A stretch of DNA of 64,000 bases from a virus, in IMG/VR virus record IMGVR_UViG_3300045988_183134, positions 96,001-160,000 of that record, one strand, 5' to 3'. Below, one piece after another: positions 9,150 to 18,345 of this stretch. The translations under genes and the position numbers were made by a program. The number at the start of each line of letters is the position of its first letter. Within the stretch, counting starts at the first letter, position 1. The notes below the pieces were generated by a model. The model was not told where the DNA came from and made no database searches. It saw only the letters and a list, made by a program, of their open reading frames with translations.

Positions 9150-9881
9150 ATGATTCTTGAACATCTCGATGCCTGGCAGGGACAATGCCTTGTCTTAACC
9201 ATTGTGGTGATTCTTGCTATCGAATGGCTTGGCCGGAACTTGAGTCTCTGGCTTGTCATGAAAGCTTTCGGCACTAAGACGGCAAGGTTCTACGATACCC
9301 GTGTTACTGCAATCGGCGTTATCCACCACGAGCTTTCCCATCTCCTGGTTGCCATCTTCACCGGTGCTCGAATCGATGGCGTGAAGCTCTACAAGATTTT
9401 CCAGAAACAGGATGACGAAGTTCTCGGCTATGTGAACTACACGCCACGCGGCCTTTATCCGTTCCGCTGCATCCAGCAGACCCTCATCGGCATTGCCCCA
9501 GGAATCCTCGGCATGGTTCAGATTTGCACCATGAGCCAGCTGCTTCTTGGGTTCTGGTCGAGTCTTGGCAATGACTGCTTCAAGCATCCTGCCATCTGGA
9601 TACTCGCAATCGTCATGAGCCAGATAGCATATCATTCCTGCCCGAGCCGGTACGATATCCAGGGCTCGTGGTTCTGCATCGGCCTTGTGGTCCTTGCATT
9701 CTGTCTGTTCCGGGACAATATCTTTCCTACCTGGTTCGCCTTGCAGGTCATCCAGTGTGTGGCATTCGCCGTTATCCTTGCATCCGCACCCGTGATGCTC
9801 CTGAGCGTCATCGTGATGGTTGCTAAACTCATAAAGCACCTTGTCTTTGCTGGAGGTAAACAAATCTTTGAAGTTCGATAA
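9150..9881 (+). CDS. membrane metalloprotease, peptidase M50B-like (HExxH)
   Basis: ORF 9033..9881 with VIHHELSHLLVAIFTGARIDG and multiple TM segments. ATG 9150 is chosen because it lies 9 nt after the small-ORF stop and just before the first TM helix. The start is uncertain. Confidence 0.6.
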   Translation: MILEHLDAWQGQCLVLTIVVILAIEWLGRNLSLWLVMKAFGTKTARFYDTRVTAIGVIHHELSHLLVAIFTGARIDGVKLYKIFQKQDDEVLGYVNYTPRGLYPFRCIQQTLIGIAPGILGMVQICTMSQLLLGFWSSLGNDCFKHPAIWILAIVMSQIAYHSCPSRYDIQGSWFCIGLVVLAFCLFRDNIFPTWFALQVIQCVAFAVILASAPVMLLSVIVMVAKLIKHLVFAGGKQIFEVR

Positions 9882-10482
9882 ACTCTATCTTCGCGTTACG
9901 GCTCTGCTCAATGGCCGCGAAGTTCATTACGACTATGTCATCAGCCCGAACGCCGATGACCTGACCGATGAAAAGGCCGACTTGATGAAAAAGGAACTCT
10001 CGGAATCTCTGCTCAAAGACCTTCCGGCTGGCACAAAAATCCTTAGCACTGAGTTCATCCCGGAAACGGAGATGATTGCTCCGATTTTCGACGGAGACCG
10101 GGTCACTTCATGGCGGTTCCTCGATTACGTTGCAAACATCCTTTCTCCCGAACCTGACATGAACGGAAACCTGCATCCGAAATTCACCCCGCTCGCTGTT
10201 GTGCGCGTGATGGTGGACGAGGATGTTTCGTTGATTCAGCTGGAAGAACGGGAACGAATCCGAATCATGGTCGGGAACTATGTTATGGAATTGACCAAAG
10301 CTCCGATTTACGCCATACAGCAAATTACGCCGGACGATTACTGGCGTATTCTGAAAGGCATCGGTGTGATGCGAAACTTCCCGACCTCTCAGAGAATCCT
10401 TGTGAAGGTCGTCTCCTTGGCGGAACTCAAACGCTGCACGGAACGGCGCAGGAAACGGTTCGAGGAGAACGAAAAGGGCTGA
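9841..10482 (+). CDS. hypothetical protein
   Basis: ORF from the track. A likelier start is TTG 9868, after GGAGG at about 9853. It overlaps the stop of the preceding gene. Confidence 0.55.
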   Translation: MSLLEVNKSLKFDKLYLRVTALLNGREVHYDYVISPNADDLTDEKADLMKKELSESLLKDLPAGTKILSTEFIPETEMIAPIFDGDRVTSWRFLDYVANILSPEPDMNGNLHPKFTPLAVVRVMVDEDVSLIQLEERERIRIMVGNYVMELTKAPIYAIQQITPDDYWRILKGIGVMRNFPTSQRILVKVVSLAELKRCTERRRKRFEENEKG

Positions 10483-10677
10483 ATGAACAGCTTGCCCTTT
10501 GCCTGTACGTTCGCCGGAACCCTCACACCCCGCCCACCAATGCATCGTTCAGAACGTCTGCAGTAACCTTGGTGAGCCTGGTTGCTAAATCTTTTGGCAG
10601 ATACTTGTATTCCATTGCGAATCCCGTACACTGTGAAGTATCGTGAATACCCACAAACCTGAAAGGCGGTTTTTATC

Positions 10678-11034
10678 ATGCTGAAAAATATTCTTGCCGT
10701 GATTGGTGCTGTGACGGTTGCTGCTGTTGCTTATGTGGCTTTCAGCGACCACGTGATTGTGAAAATTGAACCCGATGAAGAAGGCCCTGAGGACCCCGAA
10801 GAGCCGGAAGAACCCGAAGAGCCTACAAAGCCTTCTGAACCACAGGAAGAAGACCACAAGTTGACCTTCGATGAGCTTGTTCGCAAGATGGATGAATCCG
10901 AGGAACGCTTGGCTGAAGCGGAAGCAGCTGCTGCCGCCAAAGACGATGACAATGATGAGGATGACGAGGACGATGAGCCCGAATCCAAAGTCGAAGAAGT
11001 CAAAATCCAGGATGACTCGACTGAAACTGAGTGA
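10678..11034 (+). CDS. N-terminally anchored, highly acidic protein (PEEPEEPEEP, D/E-rich)
   Basis: ORF has one N-terminal hydrophobic helix (ILAVIGAVTVAAVAYVAF) followed by low-complexity acidic sequence. Confidence 0.55.
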   Translation: MLKNILAVIGAVTVAAVAYVAFSDHVIVKIEPDEEGPEDPEEPEEPEEPTKPSEPQEEDHKLTFDELVRKMDESEERLAEAEAAAAAKDDDNDEDDEDDEPESKVEEVKIQDDSTETE

Positions 11035-11049
11035 CAAGGAGTAAAAGCT

Positions 11050-11601
11050 ATGGACACTGATACTCGTATTTCCGTGATTGCAGGACGGCCCGGAGCCGGT
11101 AAGACTCGCTGGGCTGCCAGGGAAGTGGTTGAGACGCTTCGCGACGTGAACAACGTCGTCATTTACATCGGCTTTGACCGGGAGTTTGAGCGTATCTGCC
11201 GGATGGTTTCGGACACCTATGGCAGCAAACCTCACGGCAAGCTCCTCTTTGCGTTGCAGGATGGCGCAGGGGAAGCAATCGGAAAGGCCGTCGATATCGC
11301 CAATAACGGGGAGCCCCGCATGTATCTCGGCAATGAGGACGATGACGAGTACCAGAACAATCGGCGGATGGTGTTTGTGTTCTATGACCAGTGCCGCCAC
11401 GATATCTTCAACGGTCGCCGCGACCTCCTGAGAGCTGCTGCCAGGGCCGGGGTTCATGTCAATGTCCTTTGCCAGATTTTCAGCCAAATTGACCGTGGTG
11501 ATGTGGATTGGCTGAACGAATACTGCACGCCTTTCGTCATTTCGAAGTCCCGTGAACCGCGCCTGGCAACGCAGGAAGAGATTCAGGAAAAGTACCGTTA
11601 A
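11050..11601 (+). CDS. small P-loop NTPase
   Basis: Walker A VIAGRPGAGKTRW and Walker B-like MVFVFYDQ. RBS is AAGGAG. Confidence 0.6.
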   Translation: MDTDTRISVIAGRPGAGKTRWAAREVVETLRDVNNVVIYIGFDREFERICRMVSDTYGSKPHGKLLFALQDGAGEAIGKAVDIANNGEPRMYLGNEDDDEYQNNRRMVFVFYDQCRHDIFNGRRDLLRAAARAGVHVNVLCQIFSQIDRGDVDWLNEYCTPFVISKSREPRLATQEEIQEKYR

Positions 11602-11754
11602 GCCATCTGAACCATCTGTTGCCGGAGAACGGAAACCTATTTTCGCTGTTGCGGGAAGTTTTGCTGGCGTATATCATAAGCTGCACGGGCGGCCGATACA
11701 GGATGTCAGCCGGTATGAGACAGTCATCAATGGCTTAGACTAGAGAGGACGACA

Positions 11755-14211
11755 ATGGCAAAGACACTGGTTATCGCTGAGAAGCCTTCGCTTGGACGCA
11801 GCATTGCGTCGGGACTCACCTGGTGGAAGAACGAACAGTTCACACGGCAGGGAAAAGACCGGAATACATGGCTGGAAAGCCAGAATTATATCGTGGCTTC
11901 CTCCGTTGGACATCTGTACGAACTCATTGACCTGGATGCGTATTTTCCGGATTATGAGCCGGGGAAAAAACATTCCTGGACGATGGAACGGCTTCCGTTC
12001 TTTCCCGACAACTGGAATTTTAAGTTCGAGGGGAAGGACAATGTCAAGAGCCTGATTCGAACTATCAATAGCCTGATGAACCGCACAGACGTTGATAAGA
12101 TTTATAATGCCGGAGACCCTGACCGGGAAGGTCAGCGGTTGGTTGATGAAATCATCTATTACGGCCTCAAAAAGCCGAAACCTATCTATCGACTTTGGCT
12201 GCCTGATACGACCAATAAGACCGTCAAGCAGGCGTTTGAAACGGCAAAGCCCAATGACGGGTATGCGGATTTTTCCTCCTCTGCCGAGACTCGCAGTGAG
12301 ATGGACTGGCTCTTGGGAATTGAGCTGACTCGGTATGTGTCCGTCAAGGCAGGCACTTTTATCCGCATCGGACGCTGCGTCTGCCCGATTGTTGCCCATG
12401 TCATTGAACGCGAGAAGGCTATTCGGGATTTTGTTCCGAAACCGTACTCCGCCGTTTCCAGCAAGGAGAAGACGAACGGTGAGGACATTGAACTGACCAG
12501 TAAACGGACGTTCGAGGAAGGCCATGAAGCCGAAGCTCAGGCGTTGGCGGATGCCTTCAACCAGGCGGGCGCGACCGTGACGAGCGTCAAGACCGAACGC
12601 AAGACTGTCAATCCAGGTAAGCTCTTCTCGATGAGCGACTTGCAGAGCTTCGCCTGTAAGGCCGATAAGACCCTGTCTCCGGCAGATGTTCTCGCCGCAA
12701 CGCAGGCACTCTATGAAGGCGGATTCGTCACCTACCCGCGTACTAACAGCAGCTACCTTGCCACGAATGAAACCGTCAAGGTGGACGCAGCCATCAAAGG
12801 TTTAGCGCAGAACGGAATTACGGGCCTTGTCAATAAGCCGGGCCTTAAATCGATTTATGACGACAGTAAAATCGAGGCTCACTCTGCTATCACCCCGACC
12901 GGTAAATGGCCTGGAGCATTGGCAGGAGCACAGAAAACGGTTTTTGAATGTATCTTGAATCGATTCTGTGCCGTTTTCTGTGCGGAGGATTGCACCGTGG
13001 ACCGAACCACGATTGTCATTCATTGCCATGACGAGGACTTCATGCTGAAAGGTGATGTACAGGTCACTCCCGGTTGGCGGAAATTCGAGAAGCCGTCAAA
13101 TGGCGACAAGATGCTCCCGAAGCTCAACAAGGGTGATGCGGTAAACATCAATTTCCAGCTGGTCGGAAAGATGACGACACCTCCGAAACGGTATACGGTC
13201 GAAGCCCTTAATAACTGGATGGTCGCCCCGATGCGCGGTGCTGAAAAAGAAGATACCGAATATACCGATGCCGAATGGAAAGAGATTCTTTCTGACGCTA
13301 CCATCTGCACCGAAGCAACCCGTGCTGATACGGTAGACCGATGCGTCAAGAGCCAGTACATTTCCCTCAAAAAGGGCGTGTATTACGGTGAACCTGCAGG
13401 ATTCCAGCTGGTCGATATCATGGATAAGCTCGGCATTGTTTTGGATGTTCCCGTGACCGTTAACCTTTCCAAGCAGCTGCACTCCATCAAGGACGGAAAC
13501 CTGACCCGCGTTCAGGTTTTGGAGTTCACCAAACAGACCCTTGAGAGCATCATGTCAAAGGATGTGACGATTGAAGCTGCACAGGGAGCCAGCAGCAAGT
13601 ATCCAGTTCTCTGCCAGTGCCCAAAATGCGGCAAGGATGTTGTGGAAACAAAGCTTGCCTATGCATGTACCGGGAAAGACTCTGATGGGAAACGATGCCC
13701 GGTCGCAATCTGGAAGAAGAACAAGTTCCTTGAAGCGCTCGGCAAAGAAATGACCAAAGCAACAGCAAAGGCTCTGCTCACAAAAGGCAAAGCTCCGCTC
13801 AAAGGATGCACAAGCGCCAAGACCGGCAAGAAATACGACTGCATTCTAACATGCGACTTTTCCGGAGACCGACTAGCTTATCACATCGAATTTGACGGCG
13901 CTCCTGTATCGTTTGGAAGCAAAGTCGGAAAATGCCCGTTCTGCGGAAAGCCTGTGGCAGAGACGGCAAAAGCCTTCACCTGCACGAACAAGTCTTGCGG
14001 CGCGGCGCTCTGGAAGGAATCGAAGCTGTATGGCAATGAGCTTGATGTTGATGCCGATATTGCCAAGACTCTTCTCTCCGGGAAAACCGTCGAAGCCACG
14101 ATTCAGAACAAAGAGAGAACCGGCACACAGGATGTTGAGGTTGGGATTGAACCGTATACGGCACCCAATGGCAGAAAATATATCGGCCTTTGCATCATGA
14201 AAACCAAATAG
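11755..14211 (+). CDS. topB: DNA topoisomerase III (type IA) with C-terminal zinc ribbons
   Basis: Toprim start is KTLVIAEKPSLGRSIA. The active-site region is GGFVTYPRTNSSYL. C-terminal motifs are CPKCGKDVVE...C and CPFCGKPVAE...C. Confidence 0.9.
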   Translation: MAKTLVIAEKPSLGRSIASGLTWWKNEQFTRQGKDRNTWLESQNYIVASSVGHLYELIDLDAYFPDYEPGKKHSWTMERLPFFPDNWNFKFEGKDNVKSLIRTINSLMNRTDVDKIYNAGDPDREGQRLVDEIIYYGLKKPKPIYRLWLPDTTNKTVKQAFETAKPNDGYADFSSSAETRSEMDWLLGIELTRYVSVKAGTFIRIGRCVCPIVAHVIEREKAIRDFVPKPYSAVSSKEKTNGEDIELTSKRTFEEGHEAEAQALADAFNQAGATVTSVKTERKTVNPGKLFSMSDLQSFACKADKTLSPADVLAATQALYEGGFVTYPRTNSSYLATNETVKVDAAIKGLAQNGITGLVNKPGLKSIYDDSKIEAHSAITPTGKWPGALAGAQKTVFECILNRFCAVFCAEDCTVDRTTIVIHCHDEDFMLKGDVQVTPGWRKFEKPSNGDKMLPKLNKGDAVNINFQLVGKMTTPPKRYTVEALNNWMVAPMRGAEKEDTEYTDAEWKEILSDATICTEATRADTVDRCVKSQYISLKKGVYYGEPAGFQLVDIMDKLGIVLDVPVTVNLSKQLHSIKDGNLTRVQVLEFTKQTLESIMSKDVTIEAAQGASSKYPVLCQCPKCGKDVVETKLAYACTGKDSDGKRCPVAIWKKNKFLEALGKEMTKATAKALLTKGKAPLKGCTSAKTGKKYDCILTCDFSGDRLAYHIEFDGAPVSFGSKVGKCPFCGKPVAETAKAFTCTNKSCGAALWKESKLYGNELDVDADIAKTLLSGKTVEATIQNKERTGTQDVEVGIEPYTAPNGRKYIGLCIMKTK

Positions 14212-14225
14212 TTAATTTGCCTCAT

Positions 14226-14254
14226 CGCCTGCCCATTTTGGGTGGGCGTTTTTT
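14226..14254 (+). terminator. intrinsic terminator
   Basis: cgcctgccca-tttt-gggtgggcg followed by TTTTTT. Confidence 0.7.
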
Positions 14255-14255
14255 G

Positions 14256-14283
14256 TTGCCAAGCTGTGCGAATTGCGTATGAT
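14256..14283 (+). promoter_or_regulatory. TGTGCGAA-box promoter, copy e
   Basis: TTGCCA-agc-TGTGCGAA-ttgcg-TATGAT-taagaa, directly after a terminator. Confidence 0.55.
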
Positions 14284-14347
14284 TAAGAACAGTGATAAGA
14301 AACTAAAAATCAACGGTAGAAGGACAAACACATTGAAGCTATATTTT

Positions 14348-15058
14348 ATGAAAGTCGGGTATTTCCTGATATTTATTTTCGCAATCCTCAATTTTTCGGG
14401 GCTGAAGCAAACGGAATTCGAAATCCGGCAGCTGGATAGCACGGCAAGAATCCTGACAACTCATGCGGAAGCGGTACAGGCAGCACAAGAACAACCAACG
14501 TTGAACGCAGCGGCCGCCGCCGCTCTAACGAGAGCCGATACCCAAATCGCGATTGCTTCGTTCTCAAATGAGAATGTAGCGGGGGAAGCAAAACGACTCG
14601 CGTCTCTCTGCAACGCAAACATCAAAGAGAAGTCCATTACGGCATCGGTGTCGAATGACGCGGTTCTGGAAGAGATGGCGAGAAGACCGAATATGTATGG
14701 GCGGCTCGTGATTCCTTCCGTGGGAGTCAATGTGGCGTTGTTTGCAGTCGTCAGCCAGGCAGCAGCGGATGCACAGGACAGCGCTGCATATTTTCCGTTC
14801 AAAAACTATATGCTGGTTGCGGACCACTGGAATCAGGGGTTCTGGAAAATCAAGCGTTGCTCGGTTGGAACGAAAGCTTATATTTATCGCGGAACTTCGA
14901 TACAAACGCTTACATGTACCGGCATCTGTCGCGGCGTGAACGCTGGTTATGATTTGCTGTATGAGGATGGGTCGAGCGTTACGACAGGCAGCGGAACCAT
15001 CATGTATACCTGCAACGGTTCGAATTATCACGATATCACATTGACTTTTTGGAGCTGA
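14348..15058 (+). CDS. membrane-anchored sortase-like protein (divergent)
   Basis: ORF 14273..15058, with start at ATG 14348 or TTG 14333. It has an N-terminal TM helix and the motifs RLVIPSVGVNVALF, LVADHWNQGF and IMYTCNG. No clear conserved Arg follows the Cys. Confidence 0.4.
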   Translation: MKVGYFLIFIFAILNFSGLKQTEFEIRQLDSTARILTTHAEAVQAAQEQPTLNAAAAAALTRADTQIAIASFSNENVAGEAKRLASLCNANIKEKSITASVSNDAVLEEMARRPNMYGRLVIPSVGVNVALFAVVSQAAADAQDSAAYFPFKNYMLVADHWNQGFWKIKRCSVGTKAYIYRGTSIQTLTCTGICRGVNAGYDLLYEDGSSVTTGSGTIMYTCNGSNYHDITLTFWS

Positions 15059-15063
15059 GTTTT

Positions 15064-15960
15064 ATGCAGAAGAATAATAAAAAGATGACATGCCTTGCGG
15101 CGATTCTCATGGCAGCACTTGCTGCATTGCTGATTTTCGCTATCGTTGACGCGAACCGCATCAATCGTAGTCTTTCTAAGCTGCAGCAAACGGTGAATTA
15201 TGAAGAGCGGCTGGAACCTTTGCTGTTCTATGGCGCAACCGCTGAAACTGCCGAGACGGCTGCAACAGCCGAAACCGCAAAGACTCTGGAGCCGGAGCTG
15301 AACTTCACCGTGACGAAAAGCGGCATTGTTCCAGATGACGGCTCCTATGTTCCGGTCACGCTGGGCGACGTGACTGTCTGCATTCCTGTCGCCGCTGCCG
15401 GGCAGGGCGGATGCACGGTGACCTATTGCTCCGGTAATTCCACTGCCGCAATCGGGGATTACAAAATTGCGTTGGTGGAAGGGAATACGGAAGACTCCGT
15501 TGTGACTTTCCAAAACGACGACAAGGAAATCCTGTCGGGGATAAGGACGATGGGAGAAGGATTGACTTTGACCGTTGCTGCTGAAGCCGAGGAAGGGCAG
15601 GAGACGGAACAAGAGGCAGTGATTGAAAAGCTGCTTGCTGATGCAGTAATCACCGATACAGCTCCTGCGACAACCGTGTTTGGAGAAACCGTAAAAGACG
15701 ATGTCGTAATCGAAGCGGACGATGGCTATTTGCAGCTGCAGCTGAATGACAACACCGTTTTGGTATCGACTTTCTCTTTCAATTATGACAAAAACGTATT
15801 CTCTAAAACTCTGAATCTTCCCGGTGGACTCACCGTTCGATACGGGAACGTGCAGGACAAAGAGACCGGGTATATCCCGTTTGTCTCTACGGTAAATAAC
15901 CGCAATATCAAAATTCTTGCAACCAGTGTAGAAGCGTTGCAGGGATTCTTCCAGGGCTAA
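15064..15960 (+). CDS. N-terminally anchored protein, paralog of 16109..17005
   Basis: Sequence begins MQKNNKKMTCLAAILMAALAALLIF, followed by an AETAETAATAETAKT stretch. It shares TVCIP and ...SVE.L.G.F blocks with the next gene. Confidence 0.65.
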   Translation: MQKNNKKMTCLAAILMAALAALLIFAIVDANRINRSLSKLQQTVNYEERLEPLLFYGATAETAETAATAETAKTLEPELNFTVTKSGIVPDDGSYVPVTLGDVTVCIPVAAAGQGGCTVTYCSGNSTAAIGDYKIALVEGNTEDSVVTFQNDDKEILSGIRTMGEGLTLTVAAEAEEGQETEQEAVIEKLLADAVITDTAPATTVFGETVKDDVVIEADDGYLQLQLNDNTVLVSTFSFNYDKNVFSKTLNLPGGLTVRYGNVQDKETGYIPFVSTVNNRNIKILATSVEALQGFFQG

Positions 15961-16108
15961 TACGTTCTGAACCAATCTTTCACTGAGCCATCTGCCCGTT
16001 TCGGGGGGGGTGGCTTTTGTGTTGGCACTTTGCTTGCCAGTTCTTGCGATGCTCGTATCATTAGAAACTGAATCAGTATTTTTTGCGGGGAATCGGGTGA
16101 GGAGAACC

Positions 16109-17005
16109 ATGAAAAACAACGGAGAAAAGCTTGAAGGGCTGATGATTGCGGCGATGCTGCTGATTTTTGTCACAAGCATCTGGGCGTTCAGGGACGCTCA
16201 AAGAATGCACGAAAAGTTGGCGGAGAAGGTACAGCAGACGCCGGAAACGGCTGAATTTGCAGAGTTTGTATCTCATTTATTGCCAGCAACGCCGGAAACG
16301 GCAGAAATCACTCCATTTGATGCAAGTGACCCGCACATGAATTTTGTTGCAAGCAAAGAAAGACTCAAATTGACTCTCAATTCCTGTGTGCCGCTCTCTT
16401 TGGATGATACAACGGTCTGCATTCCGATACAGAGCATCGGTGAAAGGAGCCTGGTATCGTATCAGACGCAAGACCATACGGCCTGCGTTGGGGCCTATCA
16501 TATGACTCTTGTGAATGGGCACAAGAAAGAAGGCGTCAACTTTCTTCTGATAAATGATTCCGCCTTGATATCCGGAACAAGGAACATCAATGAGGATACC
16601 AGCCTTGTCGTCACGGCACTTGTCAAGGTGAATGAAGAACAGCAGCAAACCAAAGTGATACAACAGCTTTTGGATGGAGCGGTTCTTTGTGATGTCGCAC
16701 CGACCATCACAATCTTTGGCGTTCCAGTTAAGAACAATTCGATGATTGAAGTGGATAACGCTCTTGCCAAAATCGAAACGAATCAGGGCAGGGTATTTAT
16801 CACAAGCTCGGCCGCTATCAAGGAATCCAAGCCTCTCGATGAATCTGTGGTTCTGCCATCCGGCATTGAAGCCAAATACAACAGCACTGCCCGAACCGGG
16901 TCTGGGGATATTGTTTTCGTGATTGAGCAGGATGGCTGCAGATATTATCTGCTGGCTCCGAGCGTGGAGCAACTGCTCGGCGTGTTTGGCAATTCTGAAT
17001 CTTAA
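16109..17005 (+). CDS. N-terminally anchored protein, paralog of 15064..15960
   Basis: ORF 16010..17005. ATG 16109 follows GAGGAG. It has a TM helix (LMIAAMLLIFVTSIWAF) and TPETAEF/TPETAEI repeats. Confidence 0.65.
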   Translation: MKNNGEKLEGLMIAAMLLIFVTSIWAFRDAQRMHEKLAEKVQQTPETAEFAEFVSHLLPATPETAEITPFDASDPHMNFVASKERLKLTLNSCVPLSLDDTTVCIPIQSIGERSLVSYQTQDHTACVGAYHMTLVNGHKKEGVNFLLINDSALISGTRNINEDTSLVVTALVKVNEEQQQTKVIQQLLDGAVLCDVAPTITIFGVPVKNNSMIEVDNALAKIETNQGRVFITSSAAIKESKPLDESVVLPSGIEAKYNSTARTGSGDIVFVIEQDGCRYYLLAPSVEQLLGVFGNSES

Positions 17006-17052
17006 TCAAGGCTTTTGCGGTTGCAACTGACATCAAGGAGGGTATCAATCAA

Positions 17053-17256
17053 ATGTGCAATTACAGTGACTTTGTCGAGCAGCAGGGACTCAAAAAAGGC
17101 CGCGAAGAAGGGCATCTCGAATCTCTTTCTGAGAGCGTTGCGAACCTCGTTCGTTCGGGACATTTTTCCATTGAAGCAGCGCTGGACATTTTGAAGGTGT
17201 CTGCTGATATTCGCTCGACTGTCAAAGAAAACGCTGAGAAAGCGCTCAGTAAATAA
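17053..17256 (+). CDS. small protein resembling the C-terminal module of Rpn/PD-(D/E)XK 'transposase' proteins
   Basis: The pattern KKGREEGHLESL...NLVRSGHFSIEAALDILKVS is recalled from that family. This is a weak call. Confidence 0.35.
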   Translation: MCNYSDFVEQQGLKKGREEGHLESLSESVANLVRSGHFSIEAALDILKVSADIRSTVKENAEKALSK

Positions 17257-17331
17257 CAATAAGCCGTTGCCTATGCTGGGGGCAGCGGCTTCTTCTCTTT
17301 GCTACGCAGTGCTGTCGGCCTCACAAATCTC

Positions 17332-17359
17332 TTGCAATATTGTGCGAACAGCATATCAT
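17332..17359 (+). promoter_or_regulatory. TGTGCGAA-box promoter, copy f
   Basis: TTGCAA-tat-TGTGCGAA-cagca-TATCAT-aaaaaa. Confidence 0.55.
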
Positions 17360-17426
17360 AAAAAATGTACGATAGATAACAGCCTTTTGGCCCAATGCGT
17401 ACAATTCATATTCTGCAGCTAAATTA

Positions 17427-17459
17427 GCAGACTCACCAATTCGGTGGGCCTGCTTTTTT
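17427..17459 (+). terminator. terminator-like hairpin inside the 5' leader of 17542..18084
   Basis: gcagactcacc-aattc-ggtgggcctgc followed by TTTTTT, about 65 nt after the predicted start site and 83 nt before the ATG. Confidence 0.5.
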
Positions 17460-17541
17460 ATTTGCAAGAAAGGAGTGCCGACAGTTTTCTGTCAACCATT
17501 TCCGAAAAAACAAATATCAATCAAAAGAAAGGACAAATTGT

Positions 17542-18084
17542 ATGTTTAACGCAACCTGCCTAATCAAGACCGACATCGATACCGTGAACAAATGTATGGG
17601 GCAAAATCCCTACAATCCTGAGACGTTTCTTCAGAACTTTGCGTCTCGTCTGACATCTTTCAATGACCCCCTTCTCAATATGTACCCAACATCCGAGATT
17701 GCAGGAAACATCGAAGACGAGGATGTTATTCTGGGCCTTCGCGAACCGCAAAAACTCATTGAATGGGCGAAAACCATGAAGGAACGCACGCAGTGCATGG
17801 CAATGGCTGAGTTCAGTGCAGCATTGCAGAAGCATAAAGCAGAAGGCATCGATATCACAAAGCCGATGTATACCTGCCTGCGCTCCATTGAAATGGATTC
17901 CAACGAATCTTATCTTCTTCGCTACGCCGCTGAACTGCTCGACAACCATCCAAACCCGGAATGCGGTGAGCTGTTTTATGACGGCGACTCCTGGAAGTGT
18001 TTCCCAAACGGTTTTCAGCTGAAAGACATCGAAGCTCATGCTGAGGACTACATCATCATTCCGGGGCTGTTCTATGACGACTGA
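17542..18084 (+). CDS. hypothetical acidic protein (180 aa)
   Basis: ORF with RBS AAAGGA upstream. Confidence 0.65.
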   Translation: MFNATCLIKTDIDTVNKCMGQNPYNPETFLQNFASRLTSFNDPLLNMYPTSEIAGNIEDEDVILGLREPQKLIEWAKTMKERTQCMAMAEFSAALQKHKAEGIDITKPMYTCLRSIEMDSNESYLLRYAAELLDNHPNPECGELFYDGDSWKCFPNGFQLKDIEAHAEDYIIIPGLFYDD

Positions 18085-18104
18085 TTGAAAACGAAAGGAA
18101 TTTT

Positions 18105-18341
18105 ATGGACTGGAAATTTATCATGTGTCTGCTCGTTATGTGCTCCACCACCGTCTGGAAGCTTCTGGAAATCCTCACCTACGGTGAGATTCAGGTCCGG
18201 CAGGTGGATGACATCATGATGATGTATATGACATTTACCATCTACGCCGCCTATAAGGCTGGCATGGCGGTTCAGGCCAAAAAAACGAAGCAAACCGAAG
18301 AAAATATCGCAACCACCTCTGATAAGCAAAAAGGAGAATGA
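18105..18341 (+). CDS. small membrane protein (78 aa, 2 TM)
   Basis: ORF with RBS AAAGGA. Hydrophobic segments are FIMCLLVMCSTTVWKLL and MMMYMTFTIYAAY. Confidence 0.5.
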   Translation: MDWKFIMCLLVMCSTTVWKLLEILTYGEIQVRQVDDIMMMYMTFTIYAAYKAGMAVQAKKTKQTEENIATTSDKQKGE

Positions 18342-18345
18342 CTCT

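Noticed and set aside
8643-9274. Minus-strand ORFs 8643-8879, 8931-9185 and 8942-9274
   Set aside because: The first crosses the GCGTAGCTGC repeats in three different frames. The others are antisense to the promoter, small ORF and protease start.
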